Shown here: positions 19,240 to 29,274 of the stretch, in pieces
Layout: each line of letters starts with the position of its first letter
Position numbering within the stretch: position 1 is the first letter of the stretch
Source of the DNA: Bacteriovoracaceae bacterium
GTDB lineage: Bacteria; Bdellovibrionota; Bacteriovoracia; Bacteriovoracales; Bacteriovoracaceae
DNA length: 30,182 nucleotides
Assembly (NCBI GenBank): GCA_049599895.1
Contig: JBMYPC010000022.1
Span: 1 to 30,182, forward strand
Direction: 5' to 3'
The notes under the pieces: generated by a model
What the model was told of the DNA's origin: nothing
Databases searched by the model: none
The model's input: the letters and a program-made list of their open reading frames with translations, nothing else
Translations under genes and position numbers: made by a program

Positions 19240-19782
19240 TTACAAAGGTTGCTTCACAAGCTTCACAAGCTTCACTTTAGGATTGGCATAAATAAAGTAG
19301 TTTCCCATACCTCTTCCATTTGGGAAGTCGCCTAGTTTTCTTGTACCCTCGACAGAGACTTCAAAGTAACCAGTGGACATTTGACCATTCTCGTAGCTTT
19401 CATAAGGCCCAATTTTTATTGTGAGCTTTTTTGTTTGGTCGATATCAACATCAAAGTCTTGAGGTCCCCAAAGGTATTCAATGGTTTCACTGCAGCCTGG
19501 TTGCATATGTCCATAGGCATAGAACCCAAGTTGATAAAACATTTGAACACCATCGACATTTTGGGTGAAAAACTCTTCGCCGCAAGCACTGTTTCCTTCG
19601 ATCAAAAGTCGAATTTCATAAACAGAAAAGCCCGTGCCATCTTGGATCTTGTCGATTTTTACGTTTGAAATTCTAACAGTCTCATCGATTCCTCTGAGAT
19701 CGTCATACTTGACTGTGACTGATTGAGCGAAGGCCCCAGAAGTCAGTAAACAAAAGAAAGCGCTCAATAGTATTGTTTTCAT
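19240..19782 (-). CDS. Secreted hypothetical beta-rich protein
   Basis: MKTILLSAFFCLLTSGAFA signal peptide. AGGGGG RBS before ATG19782. Confidence 0.7.
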   Translation of the reverse strand: MKTILLSAFFCLLTSGAFAQSVTVKYDDLRGIDETVRISNVKIDKIQDGTGFSVYEIRLLIEGNSACGEEFFTQNVDGVQMFYQLGFYAYGHMQPGCSETIEYLWGPQDFDVDIDQTKKLTIKIGPYESYENGQMSTGYFEVSVEGTRKLGDFPNGRGMGNYFIYANPKVKLVKLVKQPL

Positions 19783-19915
19783 AAATCCCCCTAGCAGAAT
19801 AAGTTCTTGTGGGGGATTGGTAGCAGGCAAGGCCTTAATTTGTAAGCTTCAGGGGATTAATAGTGCTTTCAATTTCGTAAGCATGAAATTTTGACATGAA
19901 TAAATGTGCTAATAG

Positions 19916-21238
19916 TTACTTTGTTACAGCTGAATAAACTTCCTGCGTTCGATGAAAGATATCACCAGCATGCTTAAGAAAAACATCTCTTAAACTTTCT
20001 GGATCTGGTTCAGGAAGAATTAAGTTCACTCCATGGCGTTCAAGAATACTTTTCATCTTTTGGTGAAAAACTTTTGCTTCACCTGATTCTTTTCCTGCAA
20101 ATGCGGCTTCTTGGACCCAATAATAGACTTCTTCTCTTGGAATATTGGATTCTTTTAAAATAAGATGAAGATAGAGGCTTGAGAGGTATTCAAAGTTTTG
20201 TGTGACTTTGTTTTCAATGTTCTCTTGTTTTACCACTAAGTTCTCAAGAGTTGAGTTAAGCCTTTCAATTGAGTAGAGCATGATTCCGAGGTTGTCGGGA
20301 AGATACATTCTCTCCGTTGAAGAGTGACTGATGTCTCTTTCGTGCCAGAGAATAATATTATCAAGGGCCACAGAGACGTGAGAGCGAAGCATTCTCGCCA
20401 TACCAGTTAGGTTTTCTGTGGCGATAGGGTTTTTCTTATGAGGCATCGTTGATGAGCCTTTTTGTTTTTTAGAAAAACCTTCTTCGATTTCATCAATGTC
20501 ACTGTGATGGAGGTGTCTAAGCTCCACACAGATTCTTTCAAGGGCCGCACCAAAAAGAGCGTTGATGCTTACAAGTTTGGCGATACGGTCTCTTGGGATC
20601 ACTTGAGTTGATACAGGCTCAACATTGAGACCTAAGATTTGAGCAGCCTTCTTTTCAATTTCTGGAGAGAGAATTGTATAGTTTCCAACGGCTCCCGAGA
20701 ATTGAGCTGTAAGTTCATTTTCATAAAAGTCTTTGAGTTCGCTATATCTTCTTGAAAGTTCACTATAAAAAGAGAGGAACTTGCAGCCAAAGCTCATAGG
20801 TTCAGCGTTTCTTCCGTGAGATCTTCCAAGCGCCATAATATTTTTCGTTTCTTCTGCTTTACTAAGAAGAGTTTGCAAAAGTTGTTTGTAAGCGGGAAGG
20901 ATGACTTTTAAAGAGTCTCTTAATTGCAAGGATAAAGCGGTGTCGATGATGTCTGAAGAAGTGACTCCATAATGAAAAAACTTTCCAATTGAAGTGGGAA
21001 GTTTTTCAGTGATGGAAGTACAAAAAGCAATCATGTCATGACGAGTTTCTTTTTCGATTTCGTAGATTCTTTCACAGTCGATTTTCGCTGAGTTTCGAAT
21101 CTCTTGAGAGATTCCTTCCGGGACATTAATTCCTTCTTGGGCCTTAAGAATGGCAAGTTCGGCGTCGAGGTAATACTGGAATTTATTGTTTTCAGACCAA
21201 ATCTTAGAGATAGCTTTTTTTTCGTATCTAGGGATCAC
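19916..21238 (-). CDS. purB: Adenylosuccinate lyase
   Basis: MIPRY start (GTG21238, GGAGG RBS). Motifs HYGVTSSD, GSSTMPHKKNP and WHERDISHSS. Confidence 0.96.
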   Translation of the reverse strand: MIPRYEKKAISKIWSENNKFQYYLDAELAILKAQEGINVPEGISQEIRNSAKIDCERIYEIEKETRHDMIAFCTSITEKLPTSIGKFFHYGVTSSDIIDTALSLQLRDSLKVILPAYKQLLQTLLSKAEETKNIMALGRSHGRNAEPMSFGCKFLSFYSELSRRYSELKDFYENELTAQFSGAVGNYTILSPEIEKKAAQILGLNVEPVSTQVIPRDRIAKLVSINALFGAALERICVELRHLHHSDIDEIEEGFSKKQKGSSTMPHKKNPIATENLTGMARMLRSHVSVALDNIILWHERDISHSSTERMYLPDNLGIMLYSIERLNSTLENLVVKQENIENKVTQNFEYLSSLYLHLILKESNIPREEVYYWVQEAAFAGKESGEAKVFHQKMKSILERHGVNLILPEPDPESLRDVFLKHAGDIFHRTQEVYSAVTK

Positions 21239-21273
21239 CTTAGCCTCCGAGGACAAATGAAAGAGATGAGTTA

Positions 21274-22020
21274 TTAATAATAAAAACTAAACTCAAAGCC
21301 AAGGTTCAGCCAGTCAATGATAAGAGATCTTTCAAGACTTGGTTGATTATCTGTGTCTCTGTCCTTTTTAATACTTGCAACATGGTAGCTCAGTTTGAGA
21401 CCAAAATGGTAACCCTCTGAAAGGCGGTAGTGGATACCATAATCTGACTTGATTCCTAAGCCTTTATAGTCGTCACTATAGAATCCCTCACTTAATGAAA
21501 CATAGTTTAAAGTTGCAGAGATGGTCTCAAAAACATTCCTTGAGTCATAGAGAAACTGAAGATAGGTGGTTCTCAGTCCTGCTCCAACTCCAAACTCATT
21601 AATGGTGCTGGACTCCTCATAAAGAGCGTCACTTTCAGAATTGATGTTCGTATTATATTCAAAAATTTGGCGATTGTTCGCTGTGGTTCTCGCAAAGACG
21701 AATTCAAGCCAAAAGGATTCATAGTTTTTTGCATAGAGAATTTCAAAAGTTGAAATTTCACTGGCCTCTCGTATATCGGAGTTACCCAGATAACTGATAC
21801 TGAATCTTCTTTTATCAAGTCTTGAATTATAGGTTTTAAGATCAATTCCAGTATTTTCATCTCTTTCAAGAGAGACGTTGGATTCATCTAAAAACATCGA
21901 GTCTTCTACTTTTTTGATCTCAGGGTTAGGAAGGGTGTACCAATAGGATTCATCTTGAGCAAAACTCTGCATAGTTGTTACTAGTAATGATCCGATAAGT
22001 AATGACTTAAAGACTTTCAT
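21274..22020 (-). CDS. Putative outer-membrane beta-barrel protein
   Basis: Signal peptide, alternating amphipathic strands, and a C-terminal aromatic signal LGFEFSFYY. Confidence 0.6.
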   Translation of the reverse strand: MKVFKSLLIGSLLVTTMQSFAQDESYWYTLPNPEIKKVEDSMFLDESNVSLERDENTGIDLKTYNSRLDKRRFSISYLGNSDIREASEISTFEILYAKNYESFWLEFVFARTTANNRQIFEYNTNINSESDALYEESSTINEFGVGAGLRTTYLQFLYDSRNVFETISATLNYVSLSEGFYSDDYKGLGIKSDYGIHYRLSEGYHFGLKLSYHVASIKKDRDTDNQPSLERSLIIDWLNLGFEFSFYY

Positions 22021-23579
22021 TAGAACTCCTCACTTTTTGTTTCAGGGAGGATGGCAAGTTTCTCAAAGATCTCACCTGGAAGCTCTTCAACACCGATTTC
22101 TTGAGCGAGAAGAATTTTATTCTGCAAATGTTCAAATTCGGCTTGATAGAGGTCCATTTTGGCATTTCGAAGCTCTTTTAGAGAATCAGAGAAGTTGATG
22201 TAAAGAGTTTTTGAATCGGTATAGTCCTTGAAAGCGGTTTCAAAAAGTTTTTCTGCATTGGAAACTCTTGGTAAAAGGGCCTCTCTTCTTAGTTCTAATC
22301 TCTTTAACTTTCGAAAGATCTGTCTGATATTAGCGCTGGCCTCACGTCTTGATTTAATAAGAGTTTGAACTTCTTTATTTTTAGAGACTAAGGCTTGAGC
22401 GGTTTTTCTTTGATTGAAGAAGCCACCTTCTCCAAAAAGGCTCCACGTCGCATTTAAGGTCGCAACGATCTCAACATTTGTGTCAGAATCATTTTCATAG
22501 CGAGTGGAGTTACTGGATCTTGAAAAGCTATGAGTATAGGCTCCGAGATCCACTGTGAACTTTGGAAGTGGAAGGTTCTCTCTTTTTTGGATTTCATAAC
22601 TTCTTTTAGCGTTCTCAATTGAAGTAAGAGAATTCAAAATTTCAGGATTGGTTTTTTGTGAAAAGCCAATCGCCTCTGACTCTTTCATTTTGATAGGTCG
22701 AAACTCAAGCTCTTCTTTTAAAAGATACCGAGTACCAACAGGGTCGGAGATAAGTTTTGCAACATTTTCATCAAGGTTTTCAGAAAGAATCTTATATTCT
22801 TGATACTCTGTTTGGGCACGGAGGTATTCATTTCTTGCTTGGAGAAATTGAAGCCTCGTTGTTTTTGAAGTCTTCAGTCTTTCTCTATTAAATCGATAAA
22901 CAAATGAAGCATTCTTAAGTTGTTCTCGATAAACCATTTCAATCTTTTTCTGCTTCATGAGATCAAAAAAAGCAATAATAAGGTTTTGCTTTAGCTCTCT
23001 TCTGTTTTCTTTTAGAGAGATTTTGCTTCTGGTGTAAGTGGCCCGATTTGAAAGATAGGCGAGATAATCTTTACCCCAGTTAAAAACAGTATACTCCCCA
23101 AGGGAGAGTGAAGCGTTTCCGTTTGGAGACTTTGCTGTTCTTGATGTTTCTCCATCTCGATCATACAGTTCACCAATTCGATAAGAATCAGTACTAAGAG
23201 TGAGATCAACCTTGGGAAACCAAAAGGCTGAGTATGTGTCCTTCCAACCAAGATCAAGCAATTGCATCTCAAAGTTTCGAATTCTTTGATCGTGGTTCTC
23301 TCTTAGGCCTTGTTCGATAACGTCACCTAAAGTGAGGATTTTATAATCAGGCATCTCCCGAGATTCGGCATGCCTTTGAATATAAGAGTCTTCAGCAAGT
23401 TGCTCAGCATCTCTTTGTTTCTCAAAAGCATTTTCCACCGGAGTGGAAGATTGAGAAGAGTTGTTGATATTAATTTGGACTCCGCTTGGAGATGGTTCAG
23501 AGAGAGTATCTTGAGCATTGGTCATTCCACTATAAAGAAGAGCCGTCAAGATGAAGTTTAAAATGTAGCGTTGCTTCAT
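22020..23579 (-). CDS. TolC-family outer-membrane efflux/secretion protein
   Basis: Signal peptide and two OEP-like repeats (WFPKVDL / LPLPKFTVD) with long coiled helices. Confidence 0.8.
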   Translation of the reverse strand: MKQRYILNFILTALLYSGMTNAQDTLSEPSPSGVQININNSSQSSTPVENAFEKQRDAEQLAEDSYIQRHAESREMPDYKILTLGDVIEQGLRENHDQRIRNFEMQLLDLGWKDTYSAFWFPKVDLTLSTDSYRIGELYDRDGETSRTAKSPNGNASLSLGEYTVFNWGKDYLAYLSNRATYTRSKISLKENRRELKQNLIIAFFDLMKQKKIEMVYREQLKNASFVYRFNRERLKTSKTTRLQFLQARNEYLRAQTEYQEYKILSENLDENVAKLISDPVGTRYLLKEELEFRPIKMKESEAIGFSQKTNPEILNSLTSIENAKRSYEIQKRENLPLPKFTVDLGAYTHSFSRSSNSTRYENDSDTNVEIVATLNATWSLFGEGGFFNQRKTAQALVSKNKEVQTLIKSRREASANIRQIFRKLKRLELRREALLPRVSNAEKLFETAFKDYTDSKTLYINFSDSLKELRNAKMDLYQAEFEHLQNKILLAQEIGVEELPGEIFEKLAILPETKSEEF

Positions 23580-23660
23580 TTTTATTCCAGCACATTTTTG
23601 AGTTAATAGCTTTCAATAGCTTAGAACAAGTTTACTCAACTGAAAACAAAGAGTTTATCT

Positions 23661-23996
23661 TTAGAGGTTAGGAATAGGGCAGCCTCTTCGAACAAGGCCT
23701 TCTTCCTGTCGGTCAATCTTTGAAAGGACCAGCCTTAGCTCTCTTTTTAATCTGCCGTAGTTTGAACGAAGATTCGAGACGAGTGACTTTCGATGAGGAG
23801 GAGTTTGTTGAAAGAGCTTTCGGTTTCTTGAAATAAGCTCCATCACTTTATTTTTGTGCTTAATCTTTTTGTCTCGATCCCCGAGCATATTCTCACAACG
23901 ACGAGCAATAGAGGGGTCGGTGATGATTCGTCTGCTTGTATCTTGAGCAAAACACTCAAGCGTAAAGATGGCGATAATAGTCACAAAAACTTTCAT
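23661..23996 (-). CDS. Secreted, basic, helical hypothetical protein
   Basis: Signal peptide MKVFV...CFA, two Cys, coiled-coil character. Confidence 0.6.
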   Translation of the reverse strand: MKVFVTIIAIFTLECFAQDTSRRIITDPSIARRCENMLGDRDKKIKHKNKVMELISRNRKLFQQTPPHRKSLVSNLRSNYGRLKRELRLVLSKIDRQEEGLVRRGCPIPNL

Positions 23997-24053
23997 GACT
24001 TTAATGATAGCAAAAGCTATCAAAATGATAATTAGTTTGATACATTTTGCTGC

Positions 24054-24803
24054 GTGTGCCAGAGAGTACTAGTCCTTATTCCCGCCCGATATCAGTCATC
24101 ACGGTTTCCTGGAAAACCACTGGCAGAAGTCTCCTCTAAAAACTGGCAAAATCCAAAGACTCTTATTCAGCTTGTTTGTGAAAATGTTCACGCTCTCGTC
24201 AGTGAAAACTTTGATTATGCGGTTGTGACTGATTCAGACGAAATAGAGAAACATCTCTCTGAGCTGAACTACAAGGTTGTGAGAGTGGACGATGATGTTC
24301 GCACGGGCTCTGAGAGAATTTATTTGGCCTATGAGAGAAATTTCAAAAACCAGAAATGGGACTTAATTGTGAACCTTCAAGGTGACGAGCCGTTATTTGA
24401 TCCAGAAGTACTTGAACGTTTTATTAAGTTTTCATTTGAGAAACCATTTGAAGTGACGACTATGGTGAATAAAAGAACAGATGAAACTCTTAAAAACGAT
24501 CGGAATATTGTGAAAGCTGTTTTTGAAAAAGATTCTTCTGAATGTCATTATTTTTCGAGAGCTCCTATTCCTTATGGATCTGATGAATGGTTTCAGCATG
24601 TGGGAATTTATGGTTATAGAAATGACTCTCTCACTCGATTTTTTAAGGCTCCTGCTTCAAGTTTAGAAATAGCAGAAAGCCTTGAACAGTTACGAGCTTT
24701 AGGTTTAGGACTTCGAATAGGGGCCATGAATACTGAAAGAACATTTATTGGAGTCGACACTCCTGAAGATATTAAAAAATTAGAAAATTATTATAACGAG
24801 TAA
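24054..24803 (+). CDS. kdsB: 3-deoxy-manno-octulosonate cytidylyltransferase
   Basis: Motifs IPARYQSSRFPGKPL, NLQGDEP, YFSR and ESLEQLR. Confidence 0.95.
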   Translation: MCQRVLVLIPARYQSSRFPGKPLAEVSSKNWQNPKTLIQLVCENVHALVSENFDYAVVTDSDEIEKHLSELNYKVVRVDDDVRTGSERIYLAYERNFKNQKWDLIVNLQGDEPLFDPEVLERFIKFSFEKPFEVTTMVNKRTDETLKNDRNIVKAVFEKDSSECHYFSRAPIPYGSDEWFQHVGIYGYRNDSLTRFFKAPASSLEIAESLEQLRALGLGLRIGAMNTERTFIGVDTPEDIKKLENYYNE

Positions 24804-24819
24804 AATTAAAGGCCAGAAC

Positions 24820-26436
24820 ATGGGACAAGAGAGACCAAGAAAATATATTTTTATTACCGGCGGGGTCGCTAGTTCCCTTGGTAAAGGATTGGCAGCGGCA
24901 AGCTTGGCCTGTCTTCTCGAAAGAAGTGGAATAAAGGTCAATCTTCTCAAAATGGATCCTTATCTCAATGTTGATCCAGGAACTATGAGTCCATTTCAAC
25001 ACGGAGAAGTTTTTGTGACCGATGATGGTGCCGAGACAGATCTTGATCTTGGTCATTATGAAAGGTTCACAAGTCTTACTCTTTCAAAATCAAATAACTT
25101 CACAACCGGACAAGTTTATCTTGAAGTTATCGATAATGAGAGGGAGGGGAAGTATCTTGGAAAAACTGTTCAAGTTGTTCCTCATGTGACCAACGAAATT
25201 AAAAAACGAATTCATACAGCAGCTGAAGGTTACGATCTTCTCATTGGAGAGATTGGCGGGACTGTAGGGGATATTGAGTCTGGTCCTTATCTTGAGTCAA
25301 TCAGACAGTTTGCTTTAGATGTAGGGGTTGAGAATGTTCTTTTCGTACATCTTGTTTTACTTCCTTATATTGAAGCTGCTGGAGAACTTAAAACGAAACC
25401 TGCTCAGCACTCAGTAAAAGAGCTAAGATCTATTGGTCTTCACCCTCAGGTTATTATTTGTCGAAGTGATCGTGAGATCGAGCAATCAGTTATTGATAAG
25501 ATTTCTCTTTTTTGTAGTGTTCCCGCGAAGCAAGTTTTTCAATCCATGGATATGGACTCAATCTATAAACTTCCTCTAAGTTTTCATGAGCAAAAACTTG
25601 ATGAGAAAATTACGAATCTTCTTGGCATGTGGGCTGCCAAAGCCAAAGTTGATGACATTCAAGAAGTGATTTCAAATCTAGAAAACCCTGAAGGCAAAGT
25701 TCGAATTGGGGTGGTTGGAAAGTATACTGATCTCACAGAGTCCTATAAATCTCTAAATGAAGCTCTTGTTCATGGGGCCCTCTCTTTAAAACAGACTCTT
25801 GAAACCGTTTATATTGATGCAGAGTTATTAGAAGAAGGCGACTCAGAACTTCAAAAACTCAAAACGGTTGATGGGATTCTCGTTCCTGGTGGTTTTGGGG
25901 AAAGAGGGACTGAAGGAAAAATTAAGGCCATTCAGTTTGCCCGAGAAACGAAGAAACCATACTTTGGAATTTGTCTTGGAATGCAACTTGCTTTTGTTGA
26001 ATACTTTCGAAATGTGAAAGGTCTTAAAGATGCATGCTCTGAAGAGTTTGTTTCAGGAAAAGATCAAGATAAGGTCATTCATTACATGGAAGGACAGACT
26101 AAGGATGGTAGTAAAGGGGCCAGTATGCGTTTAGGAGCATATGATTGTGAGCTTCTGTCTGGGTCTCTGGCGAGTAAGGTTTACGGGAAAAGTTCAATTT
26201 CAGAAAGACATCGTCATCGCCTTGAGGTGAATAATGATTATGCTGTGAAACTTTCAGATTCTGAAGGTGACACGATGGTGATTAGTGGACGAAATCAAGA
26301 GCATGGATTGGTGGAAATCATCGAACTTAAGGATCATCCTTTTTTCCTAGGTTGTCAGTTTCATCCCGAGTTTAAATCAAGACCTTTTTTACCCCATCCA
26401 CTATTTAAAGAATTTATAAGAGCATCTATATCTTAA
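24820..26436 (+). CDS. pyrG: CTP synthase
   Basis: Motifs TGGVASSLGKG, DPGTMSPFQHGE, GICLGMQ and QFHPE. Confidence 0.98.
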   Translation: MGQERPRKYIFITGGVASSLGKGLAAASLACLLERSGIKVNLLKMDPYLNVDPGTMSPFQHGEVFVTDDGAETDLDLGHYERFTSLTLSKSNNFTTGQVYLEVIDNEREGKYLGKTVQVVPHVTNEIKKRIHTAAEGYDLLIGEIGGTVGDIESGPYLESIRQFALDVGVENVLFVHLVLLPYIEAAGELKTKPAQHSVKELRSIGLHPQVIICRSDREIEQSVIDKISLFCSVPAKQVFQSMDMDSIYKLPLSFHEQKLDEKITNLLGMWAAKAKVDDIQEVISNLENPEGKVRIGVVGKYTDLTESYKSLNEALVHGALSLKQTLETVYIDAELLEEGDSELQKLKTVDGILVPGGFGERGTEGKIKAIQFARETKKPYFGICLGMQLAFVEYFRNVKGLKDACSEEFVSGKDQDKVIHYMEGQTKDGSKGASMRLGAYDCELLSGSLASKVYGKSSISERHRHRLEVNNDYAVKLSDSEGDTMVISGRNQEHGLVEIIELKDHPFFLGCQFHPEFKSRPFLPHPLFKEFIRASIS

Positions 26437-26450
26437 AAAGAGATTTAATT

Positions 26451-27245
26451 ATGAGAAAATTAGAAATTTATCTTGGCCCTTGTGTTTTAGAATCAAAGCA
26501 GCTGGCCTTTGATATTGCAGGTTCTTTAAAAGAAGACCTTCATCACCTTGAACACGAAATTGATCTTACTTTTAAAGGCTCTTTTGATAAGGCCAACCGT
26601 AGTGCCATCGATTCTTATCGTGGACCTGGAATTGAAAAAGGTCTTAAGGTTCTCGAAGACGTGAAAAAAGAGCTTCACCTCAAAACGGTTACCGACTTTC
26701 ACCTTCCTCAGCAAGCAGAGGAAGTGGCCTCTGTCGTCGATGTCCTACAAGTTCCGGCTTTTCTTTGTCGTCAAACCGATATGATTGTCGCCGGAGCAGA
26801 GGCCTGTAAAAAGCATGGTGGAATTTTAAAAGTTAAAAAAGGACAGTTCTTAAGCCCTGATGACATGAAAAATGTTGTTGATAAAGTAAAGAACTTTTTA
26901 AGTCTTGATCAGCTTCGTCTCACAGAAAGAGGGACAAGCTTTGGTTATAATAATCTCGTTGTTGATATGGCCTCTTTTCAAATCATGAAAGGTTTTGGGG
27001 TTAAGACTGTTCACGATGCTACTCATTGTGTGCAAAGACCTGGAGGGCATGGAAAGACCTCTGGAGGCAAAAGAGAATTTGTTGAAACTCTCGCTAGAGC
27101 TGCTGTCGCTGCTGGTGCTGATGGGGTCTTTATGGAGACTCATCCAACCCCAGACAAAGCTCTTTCCGATCCAGCGACAAGTCTTCCGCTTGAATCGGTA
27201 CCGAAATTAATTGAAAACTTATTAAAACTTTTTAGGGAAATATGA
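26451..27245 (+). CDS. kdsA: KDO-8-phosphate synthase
   Basis: Motifs GPCVLES, FDKANRS, PAFLCRQTD and ERGTSFGY. Confidence 0.96.
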   Translation: MRKLEIYLGPCVLESKQLAFDIAGSLKEDLHHLEHEIDLTFKGSFDKANRSAIDSYRGPGIEKGLKVLEDVKKELHLKTVTDFHLPQQAEEVASVVDVLQVPAFLCRQTDMIVAGAEACKKHGGILKVKKGQFLSPDDMKNVVDKVKNFLSLDQLRLTERGTSFGYNNLVVDMASFQIMKGFGVKTVHDATHCVQRPGGHGKTSGGKREFVETLARAAVAAGADGVFMETHPTPDKALSDPATSLPLESVPKLIENLLKLFREI

Positions 27246-27796
27246 TGGACTATAAAAAACTAAAAGAATCTTCTGAAAAATTTAAAGACAAACTTTTAAA
27301 GTTAAAAGTCTGTCTTTTTGATATCGATGGCATCTTAACCGACGGTCACGTCTTTCATGATGGAAGTGAAGTTGGATGGAATAGAGTCTTTCATACCCGA
27401 GATGGGTATGGCCTTAAGCTTCTAAGAGAAGCAGGATTAAAAGTCGGCGTGATTTCGGGAGGGGATAGCAATAGCGTAAGACAAAGGTTCATTGAAAACC
27501 TTGGTCTTGATTATGTTCATCTTGGGAACGAAGACAAAAGAAAAGCTTATCTTTCTGTGACAAGTGATGGTTATAAAGACGAAGAAGTTCTTTATATGGG
27601 AGATGAGTTCTTTGATCTTCCGCTTTTAAAGCGAGCTGGTTTTAGTGCGACTGTTCCAGCTGCAAGTCCAGAGGTTCAGGCGAGTGTAGACTATGTCACC
27701 CAGCTTGATAGTGGTAAGGGATGTGCTCGAGAAGTGATCGAGATGATTCGCTTTGTTCGAAATTTCACACCAGATATACCTGACTTCGAAGATTAG
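27242..27796 (+). CDS. kdsC: KDO-8-phosphate phosphatase (HAD)
   Basis: Motifs FDIDGILTDG, DGYG, YMGD and GKGCARE. Confidence 0.92.
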   Translation: MMDYKKLKESSEKFKDKLLKLKVCLFDIDGILTDGHVFHDGSEVGWNRVFHTRDGYGLKLLREAGLKVGVISGGDSNSVRQRFIENLGLDYVHLGNEDKRKAYLSVTSDGYKDEEVLYMGDEFFDLPLLKRAGFSATVPAASPEVQASVDYVTQLDSGKGCAREVIEMIRFVRNFTPDIPDFED

Positions 27797-27901
27797 AAAC
27801 TTTAAGACTAAATTAACCATTTGAAATGACGTGTTCTTGACGTTTTGCGTGATCTTTAATAAAAATTCTGAACTTTTGATTTAAACCTCTAAGGATAAAT
27901 T

Positions 27902-28168
27902 ATGTCTTATTCAGACCATCTCGTACGCATGAAAGAACTTCTCGATCAGCAATACACTTGGCCAGATAAGTATATGTTTAAATTTATTGTTCCTGGTGGG
28001 AAAGAAGATGAAGTGAAAACTCTTGCTGATGTCACTTCAGCTCAATTCAGACCTTCACGCAGTGGTAAATATGTTTCGATGACCTTTGAAAAAAGCATTG
28101 AGTCAAGTGATGAAGTTATTGAAATCTACAAAAGACTCTCTAAAATAGAGGGCATAGTCTCTCTCTAA
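27902..28168 (+). CDS. DUF493 (YbeD-like) protein
   Basis: Motifs WPDKYMFKFIV and SRSGKYVS. Confidence 0.85.
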   Translation: MSYSDHLVRMKELLDQQYTWPDKYMFKFIVPGGKEDEVKTLADVTSAQFRPSRSGKYVSMTFEKSIESSDEVIEIYKRLSKIEGIVSL

Positions 28169-28227
28169 CGTCTTTTTGTACTGCCTAGAAATGCGGCCCA
28201 TAAAGCATGGATTTTAAGGAGAAAATC

Positions 28228-29262
28228 ATGTCGATTAAATTTAATAACGTTCTTGTGATCGGAGCGGGAGCTTTTGGAACTTCAATTGCTTCAGTTCTTG
28301 CCAATAATTTTAAAAATGTTGTTCTTAAAGTCAGATCAGATGATGTTTATGAAAGTATCAAAGAGGGGAAGAATCAAATCTATCTTCCTGGTCATGAACT
28401 TTCTGGAAATATTATTGGCGCAAAGGAATGGAAAGAAATTGATAGTGAATTTGGTAATGATTTTGATCTCATTGTTAGCGGACTTCCAACAGCTGGGATA
28501 AAGCACTTTTTTTCAGAAAACCAAGAGCGCTTTCAAAAATATCTTGATCGAGACATTCCGTTTGTCTCTCTTTCAAAAGGGATTGATCCTGTTACTCTTG
28601 AACTTTCTGATGATCTTTTCTTTGATCTTTTTCCCGATAAAAAAGAGCTCTTCACATTTCTTTCTGGGCCATCTTTTGCCAAAGAAATTATGGAAGAGCA
28701 GATTACTCTTGTGACAATCGCAGGGCGATCAAGAAAAATCCTTATGAAAGTTCGAGATATGTTTGAATGTCCTTATTTTAAAGTTTTCCCAAATTATGAT
28801 GTGAAGGGAACTCTTCTTGGTGGGGCCCTTAAAAATATTTTGGCCATTGCCGGAGGGATTATTGAAGGTCTTGGTTTTAACCACAATACTCGAGCGGCGA
28901 TGATCACTCGAGGAATTGCAGAAATGCTAAGGTTTGGAAAAGTCTACAACGCACGTCCTGAAACCTTTTACGGGCTCAGTGGAATGGGGGATCTGATCCT
29001 TACGACCACTGGTGGATTAAGTCGAAATAAAACCTTCGGGCTTGAACTTGCCAAAGGTCGAAAGCCACAAGAGATTATCGATTCCCAGCGAACTGTTGTT
29101 GAAGGTTATAAGACCGCAAAAGCTGCTAAACTTGTCTGTGAGAAATATGAAATCTCAGCAAGAATCTTTGATGCTGTTTACCAGGTTCTTTATGAAGATC
29201 AAAACCCAAAAGATGTGATCACGAAGCTTATGACAGTTCCTTCAAAGTTTGAAATCGACTAA
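28228..29262 (+). CDS. gpsA: NAD(P)H-dependent glycerol-3-phosphate dehydrogenase
   Basis: Motifs GAGAFGT, LSGPSFA, GGALKN, GMGDL and SRN. AAGGAG RBS before ATG28228. Confidence 0.95.
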   Translation: MSIKFNNVLVIGAGAFGTSIASVLANNFKNVVLKVRSDDVYESIKEGKNQIYLPGHELSGNIIGAKEWKEIDSEFGNDFDLIVSGLPTAGIKHFFSENQERFQKYLDRDIPFVSLSKGIDPVTLELSDDLFFDLFPDKKELFTFLSGPSFAKEIMEEQITLVTIAGRSRKILMKVRDMFECPYFKVFPNYDVKGTLLGGALKNILAIAGGIIEGLGFNHNTRAAMITRGIAEMLRFGKVYNARPETFYGLSGMGDLILTTTGGLSRNKTFGLELAKGRKPQEIIDSQRTVVEGYKTAKAAKLVCEKYEISARIFDAVYQVLYEDQNPKDVITKLMTVPSKFEID

Positions 29263-29274
29263 GCTTATAAAATT

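Noticed and set aside
19251..19275. 9-nt tandem repeat GCTTCACAA (about 2.8 copies) encoding VKL repeats
   Set aside because: It is a short in-frame duplication at the C-terminus. It is not CRISPR-like and is unlikely to be phase-variable.
24054..27796. kdsB-pyrG-kdsA-kdsC cluster
   Set aside because: This is a well-known conserved housekeeping gene order.
1934..28501. Many short track ORFs antisense to or out of frame within longer genes (e.g. 1934-2200, 4512-4778, 8912-9160, 15719-15967, 24772-25056)
   Set aside because: They are shadow ORFs of well-supported genes, with no recognisable motifs.
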